Virus record (IMG/VR): IMGVR_UViG_3300012228_000001 | Location: 1-64,000 of that record | From: a virus | DNA length: 64,000 nucleotides | Direction: 5' to 3' (one strand) | Shown here: positions 18,307 to 29,034 of the stretch, in pieces | How positions within the stretch are numbered: position 1 is the first letter of the stretch | Layout of the letters: the number at the start of each line of letters is the position of its first letter | The notes under the pieces: model-generated | The model's input: the letters and a program-made list of their open reading frames with translations, nothing else | What the model was told of the DNA's origin: nothing | Databases searched by the model: none | Program-made: the position numbers and the translations under genes

Positions 18307-18561
18307 TTATTTCACCGCCTTCGCAATTTTTGCCGAAGCATCCTTGAGCTGTTGAAGCTTCGTAAGCGAATCGTTGGACTCCCACGGCGCATTCGCCCTA
18401 TCGGTCTGTCCAAGGTGCCGCAGCAGTTCGTCGATCTCGAATTGCAGCTCTTCAATCTGCATAAGCAGGATTTTCGGCAGCTCTGTTCGATCTATGTCAG
18501 CGGGTGTTGCGATGTTCTCAACAAACCCCGGCAGTATTTTACGATCCATGACCACCCCCAC
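18307..18561 (-). CDS. small tail-associated protein
   Basis: operon packing between fibre and DUF4815 genes. Confidence 0.55.
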   Translation of the reverse strand: MGVVMDRKILPGFVENIATPADIDRTELPKILLMQIEELQFEIDELLRHLGQTDRANAPWESNDSLTKLQQLKDASAKIAKAVK

Positions 18562-21500
18562 TAATTGAACGTCGCGGCTAGGTTTCTAATCGCTGCCGAA
18601 AAGGCGTGGTTGGCGCATACCTGATCGACTCGCACGCGCAGCTTCCGATAGCTGGTCTTTTCAACAATCGCGTTGTTCAGTGTTTTGCTCAACGTGAGAA
18701 GATGAAAGCCGTCGCCAAGGTCAACGTCCGAGTCGACCACAGACACCACTTCCCAAATCGGGTCGCCGTTCGCATCTTCGGCGTTGCTAACGTAGTACGC
18801 AACCGTAACCACCGCTGGCTTTTTGATTTCGAGATAGTATTTCACGGTTGCTATGTCTTGCGTGACATCGGCGCGGCGGCTTACATATCTACCGACGCCC
18901 GTATAGCGAATGCCTTGGAGCGACACCGTGCGCGTCGCGATATACGGCGAGACCCTTGTGTTTGTCGTTATCAGCTTGGCCCGAATGTCGATTGTGGTTG
19001 CAAGACTTTCCAGATCGAGTTTTTCGTATGGGTTTATTGTCCTCCATGTTTTAAGCGAATTCCCCACAGCGAGACCATCGGTTGACACGTTCCATTCGAT
19101 AGCCGTCCCTGATGGGATAACAGTGTCGGCGTTGAGCACCAGTTGCGAATAATTAACGCCCGTCAACCGCGTGAAGTAGACCCACGCTTCGGCGCTAAAC
19201 TCTGCGCGGTAAACTTGATAGCGCAATGCGGAACGCGACTCCGCTTCCCAATTCACAGCGTTCAAGCTTTCCAATAGAATGCCCGCTGGTTCGGTCCCGC
19301 GAATGTTTGGATTTTGCGTGATGTGCTGCGTTGGATTAAGACCCGCCCTGCCAAGCGTCGCGGTGTAGATCAAATAATTATTGCTGTCGCTCAACAGCAC
19401 CAACGCTCGCAGCGTATTGGCCGGTTGATAGATCGGGTTTCCAAACACAAACTGATTTGGAGCACCGACGATTATATCTTGCGGCTTTCTCACCACTTCG
19501 TCGAAGTAAGATCGGCCTGGAAATCCACCGGGTAGCTCGACCGTGCGCAGTTGAACGGTCACGGGCGAATCTCCCGCTGCTCCCTTCCCGGCGAACGGGA
19601 TTCGCACTCGCGTAATCGTGGTCGGTTGCGAGAAGCCGAAAGATTGCGCAACCGGATCGGCTATAACGACATACTCGCGCTCGAAGATCGTGATCGCCCG
19701 TTCGGTGAAACGGCCATCATAAGACCCTTCGGCCCTCGAACCAGACGCGCCGGTAAGAACTAGCGTTCTGATGCCGGTAGGCACATTTTGTGGGATAGAA
19801 AACGTCCCTTCAAAATCGCCGCCGCGAGTGACAACTTCGTTGTTGATATCGAACGTCGAGAGCCGCGCCTTGAGGCTACCGCCGAGCGTCCCTGTTGGCG
19901 TTCCGTTAATGGCCGTGAGATTGACCGCTTTGCCGTCGAACCGTGCTTGGATATTATCTTCGCCGGGAACGAATTTAGTGCCGCGAACTTCTACGTTGAT
20001 TTGCCGCATGTAAGTTCCGGCGCGTTCCTCCAGTATCCTAGATATTTCCTGCGAGGATCGTCCGGTTGCTTGATATCGCGGATGCGTAGAAAACCAGAGA
20101 TTGACTTCGTTCTCCGATGCAGCGCGGAAAATGTTTCGACCGTTGTAAACAAGCCAAATATCGTTCTGCGTTGATGTTGTCTCGTCAACGCCGCCATCTT
20201 TGTCTGGTATCAAGGTGAGCGCTGGCGGCGGCGGCGTAAACGTCGCGAACGGGTTTATGTTGCGCTGCTCGCTCCACTGCTCTTGGTCGATTTCGAGAAC
20301 TTCCGAGAATGGCAGCGTGAGAAAATCCCGATTGACTGCGCAAGCGCTATTTCCCGAAGGGATTAAGCCGTCGTCACGAACGAGCGCATTGGTAGTGATA
20401 AACACTGGCTGAAGTAGCTGCAAATCGAATAGATCGATCAATGAGCTGTATGGTATTGCAGTACCCGGTAGGTCGCCGCCGAGTCCGCCGATGCGGTTGA
20501 ATAACAGATCGGACATTTCTTCGCTGGCGAAAGCGTCGGCGAATACCCCTTTGAACGATCCTGTCTCGCCAAGCTTAACCTGATTTATCAGGTCTTGCAG
20601 AGCGTCGTTTCGCCGTTGATCTTCCTGGCGCTTGATTGAGTTGCGAACTGCCGCCATCGTCACTTGCAGGTTGTCATCCTGCGTAATCACGATGTTTGTC
20701 GCGGAATTTGCGCCTATCGCGATCCGCGCAATTCCTAGAAACTCGCTTGGGCTTTTTGGCTCTATTGGATTATCCGATGGAACGCCGCGCAGCACTTCGA
20801 AAACTCCATCGGTGCGTAAAATTATATTGTCAATTCGTGGCTGGAAATACTCGTAGTCTACGAAAAACGTCGACGTATCAACGGGGTTGTCGCCGCCGAG
20901 ACTAAAATAGATGCTGTCCAGATCGCCGTCGCTGTCGTCGTCGATAAGATCGAAATCGACACCCTCGACCATCTGTTTGGTGTATCGATAGGTCACATTG
21001 TAACTTGAGCCGGAACCCGGCTCGCTGCCACCCGGCGACCAGTCGACAAAATTCCCGTTCTGAACAAAATCGGTCGTCACCGTGTAACCGGCGATGCTTA
21101 CGATTGATTGCACCGGCTGATCGGGTAACTCGTCAAGTCCGTTCGCTATGCCCTTGGTAATCTGCCGGGTCACTTCCACGATTGCCGCTACCGAGACAAC
21201 GGATTCGATGGGCAGCTTATTCGCGCCTATCGCCTTGTTGAGCGCATAAACATCGGTGCCGGTATTGTATGTCTTGGCCTCGCCGCTGACAGCCGACGTA
21301 TCGAGCGCCAGATCAACCGACAAGTCCTCTTCCGCCGTCTTGGTAATTTTAAGCCCTGAGATTCGCGCCTTGCCTTTTTCGACGGTGATGAACACCTTGC
21401 CGCTCGGCGCAGCGTTCGTGGATATCCGCGCTTGTAAGCCACGGATTCTGTAAGACCCCCCTGTAATGTCATTGACCACTTCGGCAATCGTGCCCTTGAG

Positions 21501-22457
21501 CTGTTCGCTAAAATCCAAATCGGCAAGTGACGCCGCAGGAAGCTGGCCCGGAATATCTTCAAGATGAAATTCGATTGGTCGCCGGGTGGCCCGCTCCACT
21601 TTATCGGTTGCCCGGTCCCACAAATAGGCAGCGTAGACTTTGCGCCAGATCGCCGCTGACGGCAGCGCATCCCCGCTCGTGTCCCGATTGACAAACCGCC
21701 CCACGATACGCTCGCGCTCGGCGACGTTTAAGTTCGTCAACGCCGCTTTGATATCAGGATCGGCGTCGCCGGTCACAACATCCTTGAGCACTTCGACATA
21801 CACCACGCTCTTGCCGGTAGTGGCGAGCGCATAGGTCAACGTTGTCGAGGGCACTGCTATTGCGCGACCGTCAGCATAAAACAAAATCTTCGTCGGCGTG
21901 ATTTGGGAAGCGATAACGTCGAGCGTTGGTAATCGTCGGCTATAGGTAGCCAAAATAACCCATGAGTCTGTTACGACAAAATTTTTGATCGGCTTGGTAT
22001 CGGTGAAGCTAATTGTGATGCCATGCGTTCCAACCGCATAGGCCACGCTTCCGTCGACGGGATCGCTCGCGCTAGTAAGAATTTCAAACCCTTGATTGTT
22101 TAGCCCGCTGTCTTCTCCGTCCGACGTGACTTCAATGACGGCTTGACCGGCGACGCCACCAGTGACGACCCGGAGCGTGTAAATTTGCGTAACGAACCCG
22201 CGATATGTTCCGCCCGACGCGCCTGCGACATGCCCTGTCGCCACACCCTGCGTTGCCGGGGCCACCGTGCCGCCAGCTTCCATGATAATCGCGCCGTCAA
22301 CAAACACGCGATCAAAAAGCTGCTTGCGCTCGGCGCTGAGGATTTGTTGCAGCTCGTTTCCCTCAAAATCTTGAAAATCCCTGTCGCCGATCCAGCGAAT
22401 GCCTCGATAGCTCTTCGCCGGATCGAACACGTCTTTTGATGGCGCTGTTAAAGCCAT
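18561..22457 (-). CDS. DUF4815-like large baseplate/tail protein
   Basis: D.FDPAKSY.GI....R..Q..E.NELQ N-terminus, YEYFQPRID, KGVFADAF, NINPF, DPVAQSF motifs. Confidence 0.8.
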   Translation of the reverse strand: MALTAPSKDVFDPAKSYRGIRWIGDRDFQDFEGNELQQILSAERKQLFDRVFVDGAIIMEAGGTVAPATQGVATGHVAGASGGTYRGFVTQIYTLRVVTGGVAGQAVIEVTSDGEDSGLNNQGFEILTSASDPVDGSVAYAVGTHGITISFTDTKPIKNFVVTDSWVILATYSRRLPTLDVIASQITPTKILFYADGRAIAVPSTTLTYALATTGKSVVYVEVLKDVVTGDADPDIKAALTNLNVAERERIVGRFVNRDTSGDALPSAAIWRKVYAAYLWDRATDKVERATRRPIEFHLEDIPGQLPAASLADLDFSEQLKGTIAEVVNDITGGSYRIRGLQARISTNAAPSGKVFITVEKGKARISGLKITKTAEEDLSVDLALDTSAVSGEAKTYNTGTDVYALNKAIGANKLPIESVVSVAAIVEVTRQITKGIANGLDELPDQPVQSIVSIAGYTVTTDFVQNGNFVDWSPGGSEPGSGSSYNVTYRYTKQMVEGVDFDLIDDDSDGDLDSIYFSLGGDNPVDTSTFFVDYEYFQPRIDNIILRTDGVFEVLRGVPSDNPIEPKSPSEFLGIARIAIGANSATNIVITQDDNLQVTMAAVRNSIKRQEDQRRNDALQDLINQVKLGETGSFKGVFADAFASEEMSDLLFNRIGGLGGDLPGTAIPYSSLIDLFDLQLLQPVFITTNALVRDDGLIPSGNSACAVNRDFLTLPFSEVLEIDQEQWSEQRNINPFATFTPPPPALTLIPDKDGGVDETTSTQNDIWLVYNGRNIFRAASENEVNLWFSTHPRYQATGRSSQEISRILEERAGTYMRQINVEVRGTKFVPGEDNIQARFDGKAVNLTAINGTPTGTLGGSLKARLSTFDINNEVVTRGGDFEGTFSIPQNVPTGIRTLVLTGASGSRAEGSYDGRFTERAITIFEREYVVIADPVAQSFGFSQPTTITRVRIPFAGKGAAGDSPVTVQLRTVELPGGFPGRSYFDEVVRKPQDIIVGAPNQFVFGNPIYQPANTLRALVLLSDSNNYLIYTATLGRAGLNPTQHITQNPNIRGTEPAGILLESLNAVNWEAESRSALRYQVYRAEFSAEAWVYFTRLTGVNYSQLVLNADTVIPSGTAIEWNVSTDGLAVGNSLKTWRTINPYEKLDLESLATTIDIRAKLITTNTRVSPYIATRTVSLQGIRYTGVGRYVSRRADVTQDIATVKYYLEIKKPAVVTVAYYVSNAEDANGDPIWEVVSVVDSDVDLGDGFHLLTLSKTLNNAIVEKTSYRKLRVRVDQVCANHAFSAAIRNLAATFN

Positions 22458-22477
22458 GATAATGTTACCCCCTACTG

Positions 22478-23281
22478 CTATGGCTCGATGAGCAGCCGAA
22501 CCGGGCGCTGCTCGGAACCAGTTTTTTCCTGATCGGGAATATTTCGCAGAAACACAAGCCAGCCGTTGCTATCGATTTGACCCGTTGGGTTCGTTGGCGA
22601 ATTTACTCCATTCGCACCGGATTGTGTTGCTGCCGCGAGCACTGGCGCGACTGGCGTATCGATACCGGGAAGAGAGCCGGGAGTGACACTCACTCGCACG
22701 ATCTTCGCTGGCGTGTCGCCATCGGTGAGCGTAAAAGTTCCGCCCGCACCGACCGCAACGGGAGCGCCGAAAGTCACCGATGCTGGCGCTCTCCATTCCA
22801 ACGTTTGCCCCGACGCCGTGAATTCCAGTGCGCCATTGCCGACGCCGTTATTTGCTGACAGAAAACTGATCTGGACGCCACTGATCCCGCTCGCGCACGG
22901 CGGCATTGTTCCGTTATAAGTGTTTCCGAATGTCACATTGCCACCAAAAAACCCATACTCTTTCCAAATAAAATTAGCCTCGTTGAAATCGAATAACCAC
23001 TCGAACATAACGATGGCCGTTGGGTTGGCGGACACTGAAAATGTGCGCGATCCAAATTGAATACTGCCGTTTGCGTCGAGCGTGAGATATTGCCGCGTAG
23101 CGTACATGCGGCGCAGCTTTTCACCGAGCAGTCCAGATTGCGCTGCGCTTTCCTGCGGCGGGGATAGCGGGTCGGTAAACGTGCCGTCGCCTTGACCAAC
23201 CGCGCAAAAAAATGGCCCGTTTTCGTACCACATCGATCCCTTAAATATCCGACCGTTCGCAACGATAATTCCTTCGCTCAT
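22478..23281 (-). CDS. baseplate/tail protein
   Basis: AVG.G...P....Q..L.GE..R, F..EAN..W.EYG.F motifs. Confidence 0.65.
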   Translation of the reverse strand: MSEGIIVANGRIFKGSMWYENGPFFCAVGQGDGTFTDPLSPPQESAAQSGLLGEKLRRMYATRQYLTLDANGSIQFGSRTFSVSANPTAIVMFEWLFDFNEANFIWKEYGFFGGNVTFGNTYNGTMPPCASGISGVQISFLSANNGVGNGALEFTASGQTLEWRAPASVTFGAPVAVGAGGTFTLTDGDTPAKIVRVSVTPGSLPGIDTPVAPVLAAATQSGANGVNSPTNPTGQIDSNGWLVFLRNIPDQEKTGSEQRPVRLLIEP

Positions 23282-23293
23282 AATTCACCCCTT

Positions 23294-24379
23294 TTACGCG
23301 ATTTGAGTTCCCGGCATAGGCATTAGCCCAACCGTCCATTCTGGCAAACCAGTATCAAACTCCGTAATTATGTTCCCGACGCTGGCAAAAACGCCTAGCT
23401 CTTGTTCCGGTATGAGGCTCGCGTCGAAAAGCGACAAGTCGAACCAAGTTATCGTTATCGTTGGATCGATATCGATAAATCCAGCCTCGGCGATCCGTTT
23501 AAAAAATGCCCTTGTGCCAGCCGCTCTATGCCGGTCCACGAGCGACCGAAGATCGTCGCCGGTCAGTGGCGCGGTAATCAAAAAACTGCCTACGTTGTAA
23601 ACTTCGCCAGGGATTTTGGAAAAGCAAATCGCATTGTTGATGTTGAGAACTAACGGCAGCAAGTCACTCACTGTGGCGCGGACACCGTAGGCGTCGGCGA
23701 TCAAGGCTTCAAGCGATACGTTGTTGTCGCGTTTGAGCAATATTTCATCCACGATCCGCTGCGTGTAGGTTGCATCGCTCTCCCCCGGTAAGCGCATGAT
23801 GCCCATGAACGTGCCCCAATAGTCAGCGAAAAATTTCTCCGACGTGAGCAAGTTGAGCTGCGCGAGCGCCTTGTCGATGTTCAGCTCGTGCCGATCAATT
23901 GCGAAGGCAATCGGCTTTAGCAGAACGCTTAACGGATTTGTGTCGACAGAAAGCACCGATGGCAAACCGAGATCATAATCGTCGAGCTGCGTACAAATCG
24001 CGGCGGCGAGAATTTTTGCATAGCGCGTATCGAGAATGGAAGCCGTGAAGCCGGGATGGGCGTTCAAGTATTCAACGAGCCGTTCCAGCGTCCAATCCCG
24101 AAGGTCAATCGTGAACGATGCGAGCGGAAGGATGACGCCCACGTTGCGATTTATGATATTCGACACCGTAGTTTCGCGGTCGCGAATCACGCTGTCGAAT
24201 AGAGCCGCCCCCGCCGATTCTTCTTCGGTGCGAATTGCGAGCGTGCCCCCATCTATGCTTAGAAATGCGAGCGCGTTGGGAAGCGTAAAGGATACGCTCA
24301 CGACCGGATGGGACACCGGATCGCGCCGAAAAATTTGCGTTAGCGATTCCTGCAATCGCTCAAGCTGCGCCATGCTCAT
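23294..24379 (-). CDS. baseplate wedge protein
   Basis: DYWG...GI.RLPGESD..Y..RI motif; follows baseplate J. Confidence 0.7.
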   Translation of the reverse strand: MSMAQLERLQESLTQIFRRDPVSHPVVSVSFTLPNALAFLSIDGGTLAIRTEEESAGAALFDSVIRDRETTVSNIINRNVGVILPLASFTIDLRDWTLERLVEYLNAHPGFTASILDTRYAKILAAAICTQLDDYDLGLPSVLSVDTNPLSVLLKPIAFAIDRHELNIDKALAQLNLLTSEKFFADYWGTFMGIMRLPGESDATYTQRIVDEILLKRDNNVSLEALIADAYGVRATVSDLLPLVLNINNAICFSKIPGEVYNVGSFLITAPLTGDDLRSLVDRHRAAGTRAFFKRIAEAGFIDIDPTITITWFDLSLFDASLIPEQELGVFASVGNIITEFDTGLPEWTVGLMPMPGTQIA

Positions 24380-25512
24380 AACTGTGTCAGCGTTATAGTT
24401 CCCGCCAGTAACCGCTGGCTGTTCGCCGGGTTCTGGTTCGTTGTTGGAGTTGTCATCACCAAATCCCTGACGCCAGATACTTCGGCAATCGCAACGATTA
24501 GGTCAACTATGATTAGCTCGGAACCCGCTGGCAAGACAAGAAAAAAGTTTTCGATGGCGTCCTGCACTGCCAGCGCCACGGTTGCAAAGTCGTATCCGTC
24601 CGCAATCTCAATTTGCGCCGTGACGGCGACGGATACCGCCTCAATCGCCGAGACCGTGACGACAATTCCCGCCGCCTTATAGCCCGGCACGCTCTGCCCA
24701 TCAACAGTCGTGTAGCCGTTAATATTCCGCTGCGCCAGGGCGATTAGCTCGGCGCTGGCGGTGCCACCACCATTATCGATATACACCGCCACGCGCCCAA
24801 GGGTATTGTCAGGCTCGATAGCTTTGGCCCAACGGACGATCTCCTGCAACGCCCCTTGGTTGTCGAGGATTTGCGCCGTGAGCGCACCGGCCTCAAGTCC
24901 AGCCAGCGGCGATCTCGCTAAATTCTGTATATACACGCGGAAGCGCACGGCCCGCGCTTCTGCCGTTTCCACGTCCGCGCCGTTCTTGATGGCCGTGTAA
25001 TTGTAGACGCCGCCGATCCCGGCGATCTGGCCGGATATCGCATTGACCCGTCCAGCCGAAATATTGCCCGCCGTGCCCGCAACCGAAGCGCTCACCCCAA
25101 CGTCCACAATTTGCTTCCCTGCCGGTAGCGTCGCGGCGGCGAGGGTCACAAACGATACTTCCGGCGCTGTCCCGACCGCTGGTGCAGTCACAATAGTTCC
25201 AGCCGGGATTGCGACGGCGGCAGTTCCGGTGTTGGCCTTGCGGGAGAATGTTACAGCGCCGGTTGATTTGACCGCGCCAAGCAAGGGGAAATTAAACGCC
25301 GCATACAGCTCTGTAGGGATTGCTCGTTGCAGGCCGAAAAACATCTTCGAGTCCAACGCTTCGAGCTGGATCGCCAACGCTTCAAGCACGGTTCGCGCCA
25401 CGCCGCCCGCGTTCAAGTCGGTCAAGATCGTCGACAGGCCAACCATATCGAAGATCAACTGCTCGGCATGATCCTCTGCTGGTGTAACTTCGAAGGGAAT
25501 TTCTAACGCCAT
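24376..25512 (-). CDS. baseplate J/gp47 family protein
   Basis: TDLNAGGVARTVLEA, IPAGTIV, GTAGNI, NGADVET. Confidence 0.9.
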   Translation of the reverse strand: MALEIPFEVTPAEDHAEQLIFDMVGLSTILTDLNAGGVARTVLEALAIQLEALDSKMFFGLQRAIPTELYAAFNFPLLGAVKSTGAVTFSRKANTGTAAVAIPAGTIVTAPAVGTAPEVSFVTLAAATLPAGKQIVDVGVSASVAGTAGNISAGRVNAISGQIAGIGGVYNYTAIKNGADVETAEARAVRFRVYIQNLARSPLAGLEAGALTAQILDNQGALQEIVRWAKAIEPDNTLGRVAVYIDNGGGTASAELIALAQRNINGYTTVDGQSVPGYKAAGIVVTVSAIEAVSVAVTAQIEIADGYDFATVALAVQDAIENFFLVLPAGSELIIVDLIVAIAEVSGVRDLVMTTPTTNQNPANSQRLLAGTITLTQL

Positions 25513-25521
25513 AGTCGCCTC

Positions 25522-26517
25522 TTATCGCGGAATAACGAGATTTAGCTCCGCTGGACTTTCCTGTCCGATCACTCGCGCTGTCAATGTTGCCGTCAATGCC
25601 GACGCTTGGAATATCGTTACCGCGTTCTCCACCCGCGTAATGCGCGGGTCTTGCCGCACCGTGCGGCGCACTTCCATCGCCGCCTGCTGCACCGCTGCCG
25701 GTGTTCCCGCGATGCCGATATACAACTCCAACTCGCAGCCGTAATCGGCGTGCAGCGGAAGTTGGCCCTTCGGAACTATGAGCCGGTGCCGCACGGCCTG
25801 CGCGAGATTTTCGCCCCCGCTGACAACCCGCAAATCGCCCTGCGCATCGAATTCGAGATAGCCGTCCTGCGTCAACGCAATGTCCTGCCCAAGCAGCGTG
25901 CCGTAGTCAGTTGGTGCTGATCCGACGACTTGATTGTGCGGGTCTTGCGCGTCGAGCGGTAGCGTTATCAAATCGCCCGGTATGGCGACGGCCTTCCCCG
26001 CTGAAATGTCCGCTTCCCTCTTCGCGACGTAGGGATAATCGAGCGAGTTGAGAGTTGCGATCTCAAGCCACCGATCTCCGTCGTTTAGAAAGCGCTGCGC
26101 GACGCCGCGAAGCGTGTCGCCCCATTGAACCATGTAGCCCTTGCGAGACCGTGACTGCACAAGAAACACGTTGTTGACAGCTTCGGACGACTTTTCGAAC
26201 GAAGTGAATAGGTCTTTAATCAAGCGCAGCCGTCGAAGCGCCCGCAACTCGTCGCGTAGCGCGACGTTCAAATCCCAAGGCACGTCAAGATTTGCCGTTG
26301 CCAGCTCAATCAAGCTATCGATCTGATCGACCGTGGTTTGCACTTCGGAGTACGGGAACCGGATCATTGGCGACTTGCCCTTGTTGAACGCCATATAAGC
26401 GTTTCGAATCAGCAATAGACGAGCGAGGACTTCGGTAAGCGCATTGACGACCGGCTTGACCAATGGTGCGCGTTTTTGATCGGCGGACAGCGCGACGTAA
26501 TGTTCAGTGAGAGTCAT
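25522..26517 (-). CDS. LysM + gp25-like baseplate protein
   Basis: YMVQWGDTLRGVAQRFL..W.EIA.LN; GDL..VSG.ENLAQA...H.DYG...DPRI. Confidence 0.8.
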   Translation of the reverse strand: MTLTEHYVALSADQKRAPLVKPVVNALTEVLARLLLIRNAYMAFNKGKSPMIRFPYSEVQTTVDQIDSLIELATANLDVPWDLNVALRDELRALRRLRLIKDLFTSFEKSSEAVNNVFLVQSRSRKGYMVQWGDTLRGVAQRFLNDGDRWLEIATLNSLDYPYVAKREADISAGKAVAIPGDLITLPLDAQDPHNQVVGSAPTDYGTLLGQDIALTQDGYLEFDAQGDLRVVSGGENLAQAVRHRLIVPKGQLPLHADYGCELELYIGIAGTPAAVQQAAMEVRRTVRQDPRITRVENAVTIFQASALTATLTARVIGQESPAELNLVIPR

Positions 26518-26518
26518 T

Positions 26519-27199
26519 TTAATACACTGCCGGGTTTTCAGCTCCCATAAGCGAGCCGTAAAGCCCTGCGGCCTTGTCTTCGATCCCTTTGATTAGCGAT
26601 TCCGGCATGGCCGGGAAGTTGCCGAAGCCGTCCAGTATCCGGTTGAATATTTCCAGCGGCGACCCCAAATCCTTTATCAAGCTGTCGAGTAGGACGGACG
26701 GGTTATTCAGAAAATCTTCGAGCACCAAAAACTCAATGTTGTACTTATACAAAAACTGATGCTGGATGCTGCGCTCGTACTGAAACTGAGTAATACGGAT
26801 TTTGAAAAAGTGCATGTCCGATACGTCCATAAAAATCCACGCGCTGCCCCGGTCGCGCACCGACGCTTGCGCTTGGTTGTAAAAATTCGTCGCCATCCCT
26901 TCGAGCAGGCGATATTGGAGTTGGCCGGGAAGTGGAACGCCCGCAAGCCCCCATTGCGGCGTCGCCTTGAATCCGAACGTGCCGCGAATGTTACCTTTAG
27001 GGACGCCAGCGCCAAACCAGTTTTCAAAATTGCTACGCAAGGTTTGCACCACCCCGCCGCGTGTCGGGATAGTGAGCTGAAAACTTTCGGGGTTGACCGG
27101 GAAAATATAGAACGCTGAAAACGTCGATCCCGTCGTGCGAAAAACGAACGGCAGAGATTGCATGTTTCGCAGTGTTTTATCGAGAGATCCGTTGCTCAT
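26519..27199 (-). CDS. tail tube initiator-like baseplate protein
   Basis: FPVNPES..L..P.R..V.QT...I.G.FG...LY.YNI. Confidence 0.6.
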   Translation of the reverse strand: MSNGSLDKTLRNMQSLPFVFRTTGSTFSAFYIFPVNPESFQLTIPTRGGVVQTLRSNFENWFGAGVPKGNIRGTFGFKATPQWGLAGVPLPGQLQYRLLEGMATNFYNQAQASVRDRGSAWIFMDVSDMHFFKIRITQFQYERSIQHQFLYKYNIEFLVLEDFLNNPSVLLDSLIKDLGSPLEIFNRILDGFGNFPAMPESLIKGIEDKAAGLYGSLMGAENPAVY

Positions 27200-27717
27200 A
27201 CAAATTCCTGATACCGTAAAGTCAAGGCAGAGATATTGAGTGTCGTTCCGTCAATAGCGCCGTCCAGTCCGTTGAGCCGCGTGTCGGTGCCGTAAAAGGT
27301 ATCAGCTTGCCACGTCCAAAATACCCACCACGTTCCTTCCGCCGCTTGTATCGCCGCGTTGTTATCCCAATTCACCGAATGGCTGTAATCGACTATCGTT
27401 TCGAGCAGTTCGTCAACATGGGTGATTCGCCACGCGGTTACATCGGTGCCAGCGTTCTGCGGATGCCCGCCGAGATATTCAACGGTTCGTTCGAATTCAG
27501 GATCGGCTAATTCTATCGCGTCTTTTTTTGCTATAAGCAGCGCGTCCAAAGCGTCGAGCGCGTCGGCCTGCATCTTTTGATAAATGCCTTTTTCGAGCAA
27601 TGTTTCGGCGTACAGCCCTTGCGCAAACACGAGCGATTGTTGGAGCTGCGAGAGTTGCAACGGGTAGCCAGTGACCCATTTTGCAATCAACGCCAATTCT
27701 TGTTCTGTAAACGCCAT
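27196..27717 (-). CDS. hypothetical virion protein
   Basis: operon packing. Confidence 0.6.
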   Translation of the reverse strand: MAFTEQELALIAKWVTGYPLQLSQLQQSLVFAQGLYAETLLEKGIYQKMQADALDALDALLIAKKDAIELADPEFERTVEYLGGHPQNAGTDVTAWRITHVDELLETIVDYSHSVNWDNNAAIQAAEGTWWVFWTWQADTFYGTDTRLNGLDGAIDGTTLNISALTLRYQEFV

Positions 27718-29034
27718 TTACTTGCTCACAAAAACGGTCCCGCTGAGTATATCGGGCGGGAGAATATTCGATGGGCCGGTTACGCTTCGCCCGTTCTCCA
27801 CGCCAAAATGAAAATGAAAAATCAACGTCGTGATGATCCACAGTAGCAAATCATCGCCCAACACAACCGGATGGGAAGCCCCCGACGTGCCGACCCGCGC
27901 AATCCCGCCGCACTCGATTGTCGCGTTGCCGCCCGCCTTGGCGGCGATGTTCCCGTCCGCATTGGCGTCGATGTTCCCGTCCGCTTCCGCCGTGATGTTC
28001 CCCTTTGCCTTGACCGTAACATCTTCCGGCGCGTCGACTTCAAGGTTGCCTTCCCCGTCAAACTTGATGGATGTTTCGCCCTTATCGATTATCAAAATGG
28101 TCCCGTTTTCGCTCTCTTGTGTCGTGATCGTGACCTTGCCTTGCTTCGCACTTTTCGTGGATATGTGAACGTTGCCTTCTTCACTCTGCTCTTCGAGTTC
28201 TTCAACCAAGACGATCTCGCGCACGGCCTCGCCGTTGGCACCAACTATCTGCATGGTTTTACGTTGCGTCGCGATCTTGCCGGTCACTAGGCCGATGTTT
28301 CCGCGCTTCGCGCCGCGAGTCGATAGGACGATATTGCCTTCAGGATCGGGCGTCGTTTCTATCCGTGCCACGCCATATTTATAATCGTCGTAGATTTCCT
28401 GTTCGATGGGTTCACGGGCAATCGTCGTTTGAACGTTTACGTTGCCACGATTATCGATCTCAAGCGCCGAGCCGTTCTGGACTCGCGTGTAGCGCGGGCT
28501 TTCGCTCTGCGTCGGTTGTAGGCGCGACCGAAATTCTTCTTTGGGGTTGCCAGCGGCGTCGAACACCGTCACGGCCTGCGCCTCACGCGGGTAAATCGAT
28601 TCGTCCGAGTCCCGGTTGACGTGCGGCAAGGCTTGGTTGGAGACCGGGCCAAAGGCGGTAATAACGGCATCGCGCTGCGGCCCCGGTGCGCCGATAAACT
28701 GGACTAAGCAGATTGAGCCGACCCTCGGCGTCCAACTTTCGCCGTCGTAAATATCTCTAGTACGCGACGCCGCCCGCTGGCGCGACAATTGCGCGTCGGG
28801 TCGCGTGTCCTGATGGAAGTGCGGTGAGAATACTTGCAGGCGGAAAAGCGTGTAGTTGTAATCGATCAGCGACACGTCGCACAAGGTTTGCCCTTGGCCG
28901 TTGTTAGGATCGTCGGTCGCCAGCACGTTGACGACGACGCCCTTGACCGGCCAATTGATCGACTCGGCGGGGTTGCTGTATCCGCTGGCGTCGCGGAACG
29001 TGTGTTGACTGACTGTGCCGTCCGGCAGTTCCAT
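27718..29034 (-). CDS. baseplate central spike (gpV/gp5-like)
   Basis: OB-fold P.VGS.CLV.F, 8-aa beta-helix repeats (ADGNIDAN), C-terminal HxH tip. Confidence 0.75.
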   Translation of the reverse strand: MELPDGTVSQHTFRDASGYSNPAESINWPVKGVVVNVLATDDPNNGQGQTLCDVSLIDYNYTLFRLQVFSPHFHQDTRPDAQLSRQRAASRTRDIYDGESWTPRVGSICLVQFIGAPGPQRDAVITAFGPVSNQALPHVNRDSDESIYPREAQAVTVFDAAGNPKEEFRSRLQPTQSESPRYTRVQNGSALEIDNRGNVNVQTTIAREPIEQEIYDDYKYGVARIETTPDPEGNIVLSTRGAKRGNIGLVTGKIATQRKTMQIVGANGEAVREIVLVEELEEQSEEGNVHISTKSAKQGKVTITTQESENGTILIIDKGETSIKFDGEGNLEVDAPEDVTVKAKGNITAEADGNIDANADGNIAAKAGGNATIECGGIARVGTSGASHPVVLGDDLLLWIITTLIFHFHFGVENGRSVTGPSNILPPDILSGTVFVSK